DNA of 64,000 nucleotides from the human T2T-CHM13v2.0 reference genome, Homo sapiens. Under the pieces are notes generated by a model. The model made no database searches, had not been told where the DNA came from, and was given only the letters and a program-made list of their open reading frames with translations. This document shows positions 25,626-40,520 of this stretch, piece after piece (the first letter of the stretch is position 1; the number at the start of each line of letters is the position of its first letter). The translations under genes were made by a program, and so were the position numbers. The stretch lies in assembly GCF_009914755.1 (NCBI RefSeq), contig NC_060930.1; one strand, given 5' to 3'.

Positions 25626-28600
25626 GCTGGCAGTTCCAAACTTCTTTTCAAATATGTACTGCAAGGGGAAGAGAAACATCAAACTTCAGGAGAAAGCCAA
25701 CATGCTGGCCAGGTATCACCAAGTCGAAAATGCAAACTAGAATGGTAGGCCAGCAGCCTCATATGATAGGCCAGAGAACACTAGCATTCCTGCAATACAG
25801 GAAAGATCTCTGCAGAAAGAAGATACATTTTTGTACAAACTATGGCCAATGATAAGAGTTCTCTAAGGAAAGGCAGATTTCATGCTTCAGACACTCCACG
25901 TGGTAGAGTAATGGCTTCCGGTTGGCCCAGGAATCTCATAGACTTCTCAAGCCAGTGAATTTTAAGTAAGCTGTTGGCACTAATTCTCTTGCACTCCTTT
26001 CTCCCTATTTCTTCCCTTCACGAGCGGGAGGGAGGCATGGTCTCATTTCAGCAGCTGTGACTCAGCTGTCTACTCTACATGCCCACACTAGGAATTTGGA
26101 CAACCCTTTAGAGATGCCATTTACAAGTGAGAAACTGTTGGGAGAACAAGGATGTGTGCCTCTTTCAGTTAGCATCTCTTTTGTGTAATAAATATTTTTA
26201 ACCTAGTTTATTTCAGCATCTACAACCCATATATTTCCTCAGGAAGGGCATTTAGTTTACTAGAACCAGCTATTTGAGAATATCTGTATTTAAGCCCGCC
26301 TACATATCCCTAAAGCAGGACAAGGCAATTATATTCTAAACTGTCTCCTACAGAGTTCAAAGCAATCCCACAAAGGAAGAGAAAGGAAATATCAAGGGTA
26401 TCTGTCAAGTGTCTGTCTGCATAGAGTACTGCACAGACCAGGGCATAAGAGAACATTCGCTGGTCCCTTTCATGAATTCCATCCTACTTTTCAAGGAAAA
26501 CGCAGAGCTCTACTTATTCTAAATGATCATTTATTTAAAATGAAAAAAAAAAATCAAATGTGAGGAGTTGCGAAAGACTCCCAAGCCCACTTAGTACAAT
26601 TCTCCACCCAGTATAGGAATGTCCTCTAGAGTCTCAAGACAGATGGCCTCTCTGCATCTGCTTGGATATTTTTCATACTCTTCATCTTAAGAAAGGACAG
26701 GACTTCTGTGATATCAATGGTATTCCTCCGTGGTGTCTTTGAAATCACTGGACTATTCAGATGGAATGGCACGGCACATTTGAGAAATTAGATCTTTCCA
26801 AAGGCTACACCCTATTGAATGTAACATAACCACTGGAAATCGGAATTGAGAATGACTTTAAGAATCATTTAAGCACAGGTCACCACAATCTAGGTCAGTT
26901 TAGTAAGAAGTCCACGGGTGTATAAATGTGATGCCTACCTAGAATGATCACTTTATAAGGATTACCTTCCTATACTGACCCAACTTTTCAAAACATGGTT
27001 TTATTTCTGTTGCCTTTTTCTTACTCAAACCAATGTCTACTTAAGTTTTCTCTTTCCTTACTATTTAATTGACCTTAATAACCCTATTAAAAAAAGACTA
27101 ACAGTAGTTAATAAATCACTAAAAGAAAAGAGAAACTATAGTACTGGGATTCTGATAGCTCATGGGTCACAACTGGGAGAAAAATAAAAGTAGATTCATT
27201 CAGCCCTTAAGAAGGACTGAGTAGAGCAACAAATTCCCTGTGATACTCCCCAAACTCTAAGGCACAATCCTATTCATCCTAAATATACTTATAATAGTAA
27301 ATAGATACTCACAGAAAAAGTCCACATTTTCTCCAACTCCTAGTATTAGAGTTTCAGAACCTGAAGGAATGTCAAGATTTTACCTGAATCAGCTCCCTAT
27401 CTCCAGGTAGGAAAGGTATCATAGCCTCCTTTCACACCCCAGATTCTCTAAGGTTAACTGAGTTTCTCAGACTCATAGTAAATGATGAGCGTCTCCATCG
27501 CGGGACCCCTTCTTCCTAGTGCGGCAGTTCTTTCCCTGTTGCACACCACCCTGCAATGTTTAATTATTCAAGTTGCCTCTGTCAGCCGATTTGATTTTTT
27601 AAATATTTTTTGGTAGTATGCACAACTGAAATAACCTCAGAGTGAAAAAAATTTAAAGAGAGCAGCTATTGTATATCATTCACCTAAATTTTTAAAAAAT
27701 GAATCAAATAGGTGAGAAGTTGGATTGCCTTGCCACTACTTATTTGTAAAACCTTATCTTCTGGAGGAGATTTGTTCTTTTATTGTTCTGTCCAGTTGAT
27801 CTAATGTAACGATGCCATTGCTAAGCTTTACTAAGTGTGGTACACAGAATATGTGAAACCAAATGCTTGCTTCATAAAGTAACCTAAACGGTTTTATTAA
27901 GTCACATATTATGTGTTCAGACTGTAGGTGGTACTTTCACTTAATATTTACAAGTGTTTAAGTTTTATATTATTTAATATTTATGAATATTAATTTCCAT
28001 TTTTTCACTTGATATAAAATGTTAACATTTTATTTACTATAAACATTCAATTTCATTTAATATTTACAAACAAGGTCAATGAAAAAGTTCTCATTTTACA
28101 CCTCAGAAAACTGCTTTAAAGAACAGTTCATTGATTTGGCCAAGGTCAGACAGCTATTAATTGGTGAACTGAAACATGTTATCCGATTCCAAAGCTTGTA
28201 TACTTTTCAAATAAAAGCAACAGGGGTCTTAATGACATCGCGGAATGAAGAAATGGCAGGGACTCTTCAGAAGCATACGGCCTAGACTAGGGAAGTATTA
28301 CAAAATCACACACAACCTGGCAGAAAACACAGACAGTCAAGAGCTATTGTCTACAGATCACTGTACAAAGTTCCTCCCAACGATCTCAGAATTCTCCAAC
28401 GGCAAGAATTCTATGTGAAAATTGAAAGAAAAAAATGTTTTTCTCTAGGAATCTTAGTTTTTAATCTTGAGAAAAATCTGGATGAGGAATCATATAAAAA
28501 TTTAACTTGTTCTTAATGTCCAAAGCCACAAAACCATTGCCACAATTAAGAATGCTTTTTCTTTTAATGAATAAGTTAGCTATTATTTTTAATAAACACA

Positions 28601-29139
28601 AAAGAACTGTCTTCCTATTTTCAGTGGTGAAAAACATGCCATTTGAGATATGCAGTGAGAAAAAAAAAAAAAAAAATTATTCTCACAAATCACTTCCACA
28701 AAGCCCTCTGGCAGAGATGACTCTTGAGGATAATGTCCATTTGTTAAGTTCTCCTCTCTTCAGAGAGAACAGGCTGGAGCCACTGAGCAGCATCTGAATC
28801 CAAGAGGCAGCAGATGAGCCTTGTTGAAGATAATGGCATGATAAACAAACCCTAATCCAACCAGCGTTATGATTACAATAATATTAAATCCCTCTATAAA
28901 AGATTCTTGATGTTTATTCACTCAATCACAGTAATCTGTTTGAAACCAGCAGGGTCCATGACACATAGGAAGGCTTAAATAAATTACTATTCAAAATAAC
29001 TGAAAATTTAAAAAAAAATTCCATTCCTATATATACGATAAAAATGGTGGTTGTGCTAAATTTTTGATGGTTGAGATTAAATGTTTGGGGCTGATAATAT
29101 ATTTGTAGGTGACATCAGAGCTCACTAAACCTAGTTAAC

Positions 29140-30045
29140 AGTAAAGAATTTAATTCAATAAACATGTAGTGAAGTATCAGTACTACACTCAATCTGGGGA
29201 ATACAGAGATGAAAAGTGCCTGTCCTAAACAGGACTACAGAAATATAAGTACATAATTACAGTATGAGAAATATATGCCATGTGTACAGGCAGCAATAGG
29301 ATACATGGTTAATAAGTACTTATACTTGGGTGGATGGTCAAAAAAGACTTCACAGAAGATCTGACATATTAACTAATTTTTGCAACAAGAATGACGACCA
29401 CCACACACACAAAAAAAGTACAAAAGCAGCATGATTAACGATTAATGCAGCATTAACTTTGTTGATGGGCAGGATCAAGTTGAAGGTGGAATACTAAGAT
29501 AAGAACTGGAGAGGTGGCCGGGCACGGTGGCTCACACCTGTAATCCCAGCACTTTGGGAGGCGGAGGCAGGCGGATCACGAGGTCAGGAGATCGAGACCA
29601 TCCTGGCTAACACGGTGAAACCCAGTCTCTACTAAAAATACAAAAAAAAAAAATTAGCCGGGTGTGGTGGCTGGCGCCTGTAGTCCCAGCTACTCGGGAG
29701 GGCTGAGGCAGGAGAATGGCGTGAACCCGGGAGTCAGAGCTTGCAGTGAGCCGAGATCACGCCACTGCAGTCCAGCTTGGGTGAAAGAGCCAGACTCCAT
29801 CTTAAAAAAAAAAAAAAAAAAGAACTGGAGAGGCAAACAACACTCAATAACAACTGGCTTTTATTCCATGCTGAGTATCCTGTATTGCCTTGTAATGAGG
29901 TACATCAGTGAGATCTGTGTTTTAACACATTAACAATAGTATACAGGATAGATTGCAGAAGGCCATCCACAGAGACAAAAACAAAATTTGAAGATGTGAT
30001 AGCAATAGTCTGGGTAAGAGTCGGTGAAGAGCTAAACTAACTCAG
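29140..30045 (-). mobile_element. L2 relic interrupted by AluY
   Basis: attcaataaacatgtagtgaag...ctggggaatacagagatgaa...agacttcacagaag...gcaatagtctgggtaagag. Boundaries approximate. Confidence 0.55.
29516..29819 (+). mobile_element. AluY
   Basis: Y diagnostics gagaccatcctggctaacacgg, gaatggcgtgaacccggg and gagcttgcag. TSD aagaactggagagg. Confidence 0.95.
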
Positions 30046-30084
30046 GTTTAAAACCAGATCTACTGTTGGTGTTGTGCTATACAC

Positions 30085-30230
30085 ATAATTTTATGGATAT
30101 AATAATTATATATAATAAAATTATATAGATATAATAATTATAAAATTATAATTATATAGGTAATATCACTATATAATTATAGTTATCTCAGATAATTATC
30201 TATATAATTTTATGTGTATATATATATACT
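30085..30230. repeat. AT-rich low-complexity (TA/TAA) tract
   Basis: Direct reading of the sequence. Confidence 0.8.
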
Positions 30231-31471
30231 GTAAAGTAGGACATTTTATCTAAAGTCTGTATTTTCCCCTTTTTTTATATAGTACTCTGACGTGCCTTGG
30301 AAAGTAATTCCTTTTTTTTCTTGAGCTAACATTTACGTTTTCAAAACAATCTCATTAGTTTTAACAAGTGGTCAAGTATTAAAGATACACGGTATGTGTG
30401 AGGAATAAGAGAGCCAAGAAGTTAAAATACCAGGACAAGATAAGCCACTATGAAAGTCATGCCTAGGAAGACAACAGAGTACTAATTGTAATTTCAAAAT
30501 TGCCCTATGGATCATAATATTCTCCCTGCAACCTTTCCCAAGAATAGGCCATTAAATATCAGCACCTCCAAAGAGAAGTTTATACACCATTTGTACATAG
30601 AAAAACTATAATGGTTAATAATGCAAATTCAAAAGCAATCATGTTAGAATGGAAAGCATGGGAGTCATTTAATAATGTCAACAGGTACAGATCACTTTAA
30701 TACAAGAAAACTAATGTGTTTGCATATCATTAAAGGTTCTTTCTGGGTCTATCACTATTATAAATCATTCTGACTTCACTAACATATAATAATTAGCCAA
30801 TAAAGGTGGGCCTTCCATTTTGATTTGCTTAATAACAAGAAAATTTGTTCGATCATCATGGTATTTTTGTCACTCAGTATCTCTTCCTTAACTTTCTCAT
30901 AGCCAATAATATTGCCAGGAACTCATGGTTTGCTTTTCCTCCCTGAGGAACAAGCAGAATTCCACAGGGAATCTTACGTGGTATGAGAAGAAAAAGGAAC
31001 GTGGTCCTTTTCGTGTCTAATTCCCAGACACATTCTTGGCAACCACTTTGTGTGTGTTCCTCTCACACTCTTCACATTCTGGGCAATGTATCACATTACT
31101 TCCCACCCATATACAGAGAGATGAAAGAGAAAGTAAAAATGCCTAGGTGCAAGTGAATTTATTTGTTTTTAAATTATTTTAGATGCAAAGATGGACGCTA
31201 ACATTCTATTAGACACTGTATCTCGTCAAAAAAAATTGATATGTATTTTTGCCAATGCTAGGCTTTATGAATTCCATTTATTACAAAGGTCTAACCATCT
31301 AAAATCCATTAGGTGTTAATTTTTAACATAATCACAGTTCCTTCAAACCATCCCCACCCTCGCACTCCTCAAAATTCCAAATACTCCAAATAAAATGTTA
31401 CCTTTAGGAAAAATGTGGCTTGACCTAGAGGTCGCAGTCCTCATTACAAACTTGTTCTGCATGTCCTAAAG

Positions 31472-31821
31472 CAGGGGTCCCTAACCCCCAGGTCATGGAC
31501 TGGTACATGTCTGTGGCTTGTTAGGAACCCGGCTGCACAGCAGGAGGTGAGCACTGGCTGAATGAGCATACTGCCTGAGCTCTGCCTCGTGTGTCAGATC
31601 AGCTGAGGCATTAGATTCTGATAGAAGTGTGAACCCTATTATGAAGTGCACATGTGAGGGATCTAGGTTGCAAGCTCCTTATGAGAATCTAACTAATGCC
31701 TGATGACCTGAGGTGGAACGGTGTCCTCCCCATACCAGCCCCCCAATCCCTCACCCTCATCTGGGGAAAAATTGTCTTCCATGAAACCAGTTCCTGGTGC
31801 CAGAAAGGTTGTGAACCACTG
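31472..31821 (+). mobile_element. MER1B (hAT-Charlie)
   Basis: caggggtccctaacccc...aaggttgtgaaccactg. Perfect 8-bp TSD TCCTAAAG. Confidence 0.9.
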
Positions 31822-32486
31822 TCCTAAAGCATCTACCATAAGCATATGTCCACCGTATCCAGATCCTGAGCCTCCTCCTCAGCACCAGAACACTACTAAA
31901 AGCAGCAAGGGGGAAACTGAGGAAAAAATCACACCTCTGCCAAATTTTAAGTGTTGCTTAGGGTGTCTCTGACATTATCTCAACCACCTTCTTGTCTATA
32001 TCATTCTTTTTTTCCATCCCTATTTTTGATGCCTATCCTTGCTCAGAAATACTTCACTGTAATGATCCCCTCTAGCTCTGTAAAGCACTCTATTGTGTCA
32101 CCAATCCACACTACTCCCCAATATACTCAGTCACCTAAGAGCTATGCCTTCCTTTTCTGAAAATTCTTATCAGGACTTTACGGAGAAACCTCCAAATGTC
32201 TACAAAGAACTAGTATCCAGTAATTCAAATGAAGTATAAATGGTAACACCAAAGCTATTCTGTTTTGTTTGGTTTCTGAATGCTTTTAATGTTTTTGTTT
32301 TACCACATGATGTCTACAGAGCTGTAAGGAAAACACTTGGGGCATGGGGCCATTATTTGAAATATTGGAGTCTACTAAATCTGTGCACTACAGACCACGG
32401 AAAGATTAAAATGGACACTAAAAGGGGGTAAGTGTGGCCTTGAGCTGCCTCTTTTAAATATTAGAAAGTGAAAAGACAGAGAATGC

Positions 32487-32793
32487 GGCCGGGCGCGGTG
32501 GCTCACGCCTGTAATCCCAGCACTTTGGGACACCAAGGCGGGCGGATCACGACGTCAGGAGATCGAGACCGTCCTGGCTAACACGGTGAAACCCCGTCTC
32601 TACTAAAAATACAAAAAAAATTAGCCGGGCATGGTGGCGGGCACCTGTAGTCCCAGCTGAGGCTGAGGCAGGAGAATGGCGTTAACCCGGGAGGCGGAGC
32701 TTGCAGTGAGCAGAGATTGCGCCACTGCACCACTCCAGCCTGGGCGACAGAGCGAGACTCCGTCTCAAAAAAAAAAAAAGAAAAAGAAAAAAA
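32487..32793 (+). mobile_element. AluY, CpG-rich (young)
   Basis: Most CpGs intact. 16-bp TSD gaaaagacagagaatg. Small internal deletion after tcccagct. Confidence 0.95.
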
Positions 32794-33589
32794 GAAAAGA
32801 CAGAGAATGGAAATTCAATAGGAAACCAATCTGAGAACCTGTTTAAAACTTAAATTTCCAATAATCTTGCTGTTCTGGGAACCTCTCATTGCCAGTGTTG
32901 TGGAGCCAGGGCAAGACCGATTCTGGGGTTGAAGAGGATCATATGCTCTTTATGTTCCCAACAAAAAAACTGTTAAGCAATAATAGCGAGAAGAGTATCT
33001 GTTCCTCTAAAGTCTTCCCTCCAAAAAGGAAGGTAACAAAGGATCCAAAAGCTGTGCTTCCAAACTTCCCAAGATCAACTCTTTCTTCTTGGGGAAGATC
33101 ATGGTGTTGGTTTAGTTAGGTAGGAAATCCTTCATAATAGCTGTCTAGTACTAAAGCCCAATTAGCACCTAGCAAACGAATAATCATGCGTAACACTGAA
33201 TGTGTATAAGATCTACTATATTGTGAGTTTATATCACTACATTTCCAAACTTTTTTCGAGTGTATTCAGCCTACCTTGCACTTTGCTTAAAATGTAGCTA
33301 CCTGTTCTTCCCCAAAAAGGAATGGAACATTGTCTTTGTCGATAGTGTGTCGAGAAAAATAGTCATCCCAAATAACTGAATCAAATTGAAAGAAAAAATA
33401 TAAATTGTCTCAATGAGGTTAAAATTCTTGGAATGATCCTTTTTTCTATGCATAGGGAAATTAATCAATAAAATAAACACAAGGCGGTAAACTGAATTAT
33501 TTGCACAATTTTGCCTGAAATTCTTGTAAGCAGAAAACTAAAATATCTATTTTTCCTTCTTTAATCTGTGAATCAACTGTTGGTTTTTA

Positions 33590-34020
33590 ATCAATAAATG
33601 TTTAATTACTACCCACTAAATCCTAGACCTTACTTTAGGTATATGGAACATGCTTTGATGAATGAGACTTTGCCATTGCCCTCAGAATGCTTAGAGCTCC
33701 CTGGAGAAGCCCGGGCATAGAAACAAATAATGACAACCCAAGCAACTGGTGGTAATTATTAATACAACAGAAAGTACAAGCAAAGTGATGTGAGCATTTA
33801 GAGAGCAGCAGGAATTTTACATTTGCCATTTACAGTCAGGAAGAACTTACGAAAATGACAGCATTAAGAATAAATCACGAAAGATTTTGTAAACTAAAGC
33901 TGAAGAAGGACATTCTAGTGGTGGGGACAGTATAGACAAAAAGCCACACAGTGTATCTGGAGAACAGTGTAACATGTAGCTTAGATTTGAACCAAAAAAC
34001 AGTGGCAGATAAAGATAGAA
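33590..34020 (-). mobile_element. L2 relic
   Basis: caataaatgtttaattactacccac...tgccctcagaatgcttagag...gaaggacattctagtgg. Boundaries approximate. Confidence 0.55.
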
Positions 34021-35831
34021 ATTAAGTGGTTATTCTCAGTATAATCAATTTCAACTCTGGATAAAATGACGAAATTCAATTTTGGTATTTGGAAGAGACC
34101 TTCTGTGCCCAGGTAAAATAGCCTACTTGATATTTATATGTTATTGTTTGCCAGCATGTCTTAAATATCAATATCATCTTTCCTACATTAGCTTCTAGTT
34201 GCTTATAAAAAACACAATCATTCTTTTCCATATTGTTGTTTAAAATCAACATTGATCAAATCTGACAGATATATTTTTCCTAATGTCATTTATAAACAAG
34301 TAAAAATTCACTGTATTTTTAGTACATCAACTGGTAAAGAAATGTATTAGAATATTTTATCTTAAAATTATAAAGCAATAAAGTTTTAGGGGAAAATAAA
34401 TCTTACCTTGTGGAATAAAACTGGAAAATATAATTTGGGAGTTTATGAGTTTGGAAAGATGGGAGCAAAAAGGGATATGAAAACAAAATAGGGCTGGTTG
34501 CCAAAAGCAGTCCCATAAATATTTTTAAGAACATCGGTATTTGTGGCAGAAGATATTAGTCAGTCTCTTTTCCTAAAAGTGAGAATAAGAGAATGGGGAG
34601 TTTTTTTAAAAGTGTTTATTATTTATTTTCCTTTTTTTCAATCTAATGGTAATACTCCTCTGACAAAGATTCGAAACTCGTTGAATATAAGAACAGGATT
34701 TTTTACAAATCATTCAAGACGACTCTTCACAAGTATTCACTTTTCCAGAATTACGATTCATTTCAGGAAGGAAGGACTCAGTAACTACACAAGAGAACAC
34801 CTCTCCACTTCCCACCTTACACAATATACCCAAAATGTACTGCTGTTCTCTTTTACCCAGAATTACAAGGATCAGCATACAAACAGCAGAGAGGAGTTGA
34901 TTATAAATGATGGAATTATCATGAAATAATATTTCTTCAAGCTCCGCAATCAATCTAAAAGAAGCTAAAATTGTGTTCTTAAAATCCTTCTGGTGTAAAA
35001 AGCATTTGGGTTTCGTTAATGTTTTGGTTTGGCTTATAAGAACACCTTACTCTTATGAACTAACAATTCATGATTCATGAGGCTAGGCCCATTCAAATAA
35101 GAAACACACATTGCTAAACAACATACAAAGGCTCATCCACCTAAGAGGCCTGGCCAGCAACCAGGAGCCAACAGAGCTGCTTTGTATTTCTTCAGGGAGA
35201 TCCCTCTGCCTACAACTGTATTTTTGTGTTGTGCATTTTCAAAGTGTGTTGTTGAAAGGTTATGTTTAATTTTTCATGATGCATTATTTTTCCTCATGCA
35301 CACATTTTTAGCATGTTATTTTTGTTGTTATTTCCGGAATGAATTTAATATTTTAGTTTCTGCATGTGTGCACATGCATGGGTATATGTAAATTGATTTC
35401 ATTATCTTTAATTAGTAAAAACTCACTCTCCCCCACCTTCTCCCAACAAATATAACTACTGTGAAAGCTGAATCACTAGGAAACTCAATGGTCATACTAC
35501 TGCATGGAGAAAAAGAAGAAAAAAAGCCAACACACAAAGAGAAATAGGTAAGTGAGATGAAGATATCATTGGGGTCTGTGTCACATTTCTAGTTGTTCCA
35601 GAGGTCAGACTGCATTCCTGAGCTCTCCATGGCTTCTTGTTTATTATTCACTTCATCTTTGGACTTCATTAGATTCCCATGTACTTTCCAATATATTCTT
35701 TTTTTCCCTTCCAAATAGTCTGATCTTTGTTTGTAATCAAAAGGTTCACATTATTGGTTCCATTTGTTACAGCATGGGAGAACACTTTTTTCCCAAAGAA
35801 CTCAAAATAGTTTTTAACATTTCACGGACGC

Positions 35832-35859
<28 letters not shown>
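35832..35859. repeat. A28 mononucleotide tract with no attached SINE body
   Basis: Direct count. Confidence 0.95.
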
Positions 35860-35864
<5 letters not shown>

Positions 35865-36703
35865 GCATTTCTGATGTTTAGAAATATTAAAAAAAAGAAG
35901 AAGAGGTTGAAATGTCTAATATAATAACCTGGTCAGTTACTGGTACATACTGAGCTAACGCTAAAATTTTCAAAATGACTCCTCTTCATTCCCTAGTCTA
36001 TGTGGTTCAAACTCAAAATGGGCATACAGTCATCTTAAAATAGGTTCAGCTATCTCTAGCAATTATAAACTCTTTCCATGAATAAACTTTTTCTAAGCAC
36101 CTAAAATCACATGAATATATCTGCCTGACAAAAATTTGGGAAGTCCAGCATCTCTGATTTAAAAAGAAGAAACTATTTGTAATTTTAGTCTCTTGTTCTT
36201 AATGCAGGATCTGACCATTGGTTAGTAATGCAACAGCTGCGATTAGCAATGAAGGAAAACTATTTTCAGAGTCTTCTCATGACCTAGCCACATTAGCAAT
36301 CTAAAAATAAAAAAGGAAAAGTTTTTAAAAGCTTAACCTTTTATAAAGTGACTAAACTTCATCAAGCCATCACAAACAGATTTCTAGGACTTTTTTTGAG
36401 AAGAAGAAAATAGGATCATTAGTTTAATGACAGTAACATTTGTGCGGGTATACAAACAACATATATGTCAGAACAATTTAAAAATTATATACTGAATATG
36501 CTTTATGGCTTTTTATAGTATTTTGTTGAATCTATATTTGTTTTGGGGAGTTTTGTTTTAGGTTCTATGTGTGAGTGTGAGTGTGTTTGTGTGTTCTCGA
36601 TTTTAAAACTATTTCTTGAGTTCTTTAGACCATAAGAACATAATGTATAATAGTAAAGACTTATTTCAATTTATTTGAACTTTTTTCAAAAGTAACATAG
36701 ATT

Positions 36704-37044
<341 letters not shown>

Positions 37045-37093
37045 TTAAGAGAACTATAGCAAATAATATGTGGTGCAAAAAAAGGTTTATTAT

Positions 37094-37411
37094 GGCTGGG
37101 TGTGGTGGCTTACACCTGTAATCCCAGCACTTTGGGAGACAAAGGCAGGAGGATTGCTTGAGGCCAGGAGTCAAGATCAGCCTGGTCAGCACAGAGAGAC
37201 ACCTAGTCCCTACAAAAAGTAAAAAAAAAAAAAAAAAATTAGCCAGGCATGCTGGCAGGTGCCTGTAGTCCCAGTTACTTGGGAGGCTGAGGTGGGAGGA
37301 TCACTTGAGCCCTGGAGTTCAAGGCTGCAGTGAGTTATAATCACAACACTACGCTCCAGACTGGGTGATAGAGTGAGACCCTGTCTCTTAAAACATTAAT
37401 AAATAAATAAA
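37094..37411 (+). mobile_element. AluJ
   Basis: Full Alu with J diagnostics, in tandem with the preceding Alu. Confidence 0.92.
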
Positions 37412-38092
37412 AGTTTTAAAGGTTAATTTTTACAGCTACAGATAAAGATATAGTGCAGAGAAAGAATAGTGGCTGCGGAAAAGTCATTTTGAGACAGGAA
37501 GTTCAGGCTTGCTCATCTGGTCAAGTTAATATCTGGAAGATGAAGGCTGAAGCCCACATCTCTCAAGGAAGTAAGATTTTGCTTGAAATTACACTATTCT
37601 CAGTCGTATAAAATCAGACTAGTAAGTAAATAAGTGCGATGTGGAAGTTCAGAAGGATTCCTTCTCCTTTACTGACAGGTCAAAAAGCCTATGAAGAACA
37701 GCAGAAGTCATGAGGGAATTCTGGCTCTGATGTTCATTCACCCTTTTTCTCTGATCCAAATCAGCATCTCCTTCGGCCCAAAGGCTGGAGGATACTCTTC
37801 TAGTGTCACTTCTCTTCCAGAAAAGGGAAGAGCTTACTGTTAGAAACTGCTAAGCCCCAAGTCACTCTCAGGCTACTGTATTGCTTTACCTCAAAAACAT
37901 CCTTAACAACAGTATTTCAGTAAATCTGACTTCATGCACCGTTAAGAATGAAGGATGCTGTCACTAATGCTAAAATCTTCCTGATTTTAGATATGTTAAA
38001 ATGTGAAAAAAATACATTTAAGAATCTAAAAACCATGTATCAGCCACATACAACTAACATCAAAGAACTGCCAGCTATATTCCTTTCCTTTC

Positions 38093-38715
<623 letters not shown>

Positions 38716-40274
38716 TACTCCTTTCCTTTCATAACTTTTCTTCTACAACTACCACAACTATCCCAGGTTAGACCAACATTACCTCAGGCTTAGTCTGCTA
38801 AAAAAGACTTACTATTGGATGCATCCCTACAAATCTCCTCCAGGTCTCTGATCCATCCCATCTCACATACAGTCTCCAGATCATGGCTCATCCACTTATC
38901 TGGGAAGCTTTCATGAGAAAGCTTCCATGGATCCACCCACTGACTCTTCACTCTGACGTTCAGGCACTCTACCACCTTGACTCCATCTACTTTTACAGGC
39001 TTACATTTCCCAATAAGCATCGGCAAAAAATTGTTTCATAGCATTTCTATGTATTTTGCTTAAAAAGAGGGTTTCATAATTAAATAAACTAGCATAAATA
39101 ACATTAAATACTTTTTTTACTACAAGACTGCTCAGAATCTTTAATATGTAATGTTTGAAAAATTTCCAGGAGGCAGATATAGTACCCAATGTTTCCAAAA
39201 CTAATTTCACCATAGAAACCTCTGTGTGCATGTTATCTCTTGGGACTAGTATTCTTGGTGAAATAAACTATGACTTTCTGCTTCCCATATTTATTCTTCT
39301 GATTTCTTCCCATAATTATTCCTCTGATTTCTAGTCCTTGCACATTCAAGTCACTTTGTTGAGGATGCCTTTCCCTTATGTGCCTCCAATGCGTATTAGT
39401 ATTTATCAACTTCACTTTTTTTCTAGGCCTAGTTCAAATATCAGTTCATTTTTAAAGCTCCCCTTGAGGTCTCTAGCTGCAAGTAATATCTCCCAGAGAA
39501 CACTGTTTCTATTTTTCTTTCATTATCTAACACTTTCTACTTTTCTATGAAAGCTATTTTTACAGTATTTTATTCAATCCTTATAATCCCTTTGGAAGCA
39601 TCATCTGGACCTTATCATTGTATTCTTCTCAGCACCCAACAGAAAAATTCAAATATAGCTTAATCCTTATAACTTCTTCTAACTCTCTCAGGACCCCTTC
39701 ACAGACCAAGCTCCTTCAAATGCTCTTTGCTTTGAAAACAATGAATGAAATATTTAAAATCTTTAAAATCATGTAGGAACAAGATGTAACATTTTCAAAG
39801 AAAAACTTTGTAGTTCTAACATTTTACTGAACATCTGGTCACTTATCTTGTCATTTGTAATTAAAATGGCTTTTCTATAACCCATGTTTTGGCGGGAAAA
39901 GTGAAACAAAAACATTTGTCTCTACATAAGGTCGACTTACAAAGTTTTTTTTCTTGATTTGCCTGAAATTAAATATATAATGTTCCTACTGCAAGTAAAA
40001 ACTACCAAGGAACACTTGTTAAATAAACTGGTAAGACTTAAGATTTCAGGGCCTTGACTTTTCCTGGTACTCCTCAATTTCAGTCTTTTGATAATGGAAT
40101 CTTCCACACAGCCAACACTGCAACTGGTGAGGCATAAGTTCTCTTTTCAAAACATAACACATGAATAAGTTTAAAGATTATGATCTTCCTTTAATGTAGT
40201 TCCCCATCATGTGTTCTAACGTGCCATTAGTACTGAACAGGCACATGTTAAAGGTGTGGAGCTAGCATTGATTC

Positions 40275-40520
40275 ATTAATAATAGTAATAGCTAACACTC
40301 AGTGCCACTCTATGCGCCAGAGAGTGCTTATGTGCTTTGTGTGCATTCTCTCTCTTAACCCTCACAATTCTTTAAAGAAAGCACTATTATTGACTCCACA
40401 AATAAGAATACTTTAAGAGGTGTTATGTAATTTAGCCAAGTTCACACAGCCAGTAATGACAGTTCCAAGATTTCAATCCAGGCAGTCTGACTCCAGAGCC
40501 CAAACTCTAAGCCACACCAC
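40275..40520 (-). mobile_element. MIR
   Basis: aatagctaacact...taaccctcacaa...gccaagttcacacagccagtaa...caggcagtctgactccagagccc. Confidence 0.8.

Noticed and set aside
34543-34953. 128-aa plus ORF and 79-aa minus ORF
   Set aside because: AT-rich, no family resemblance, consistent with chance.
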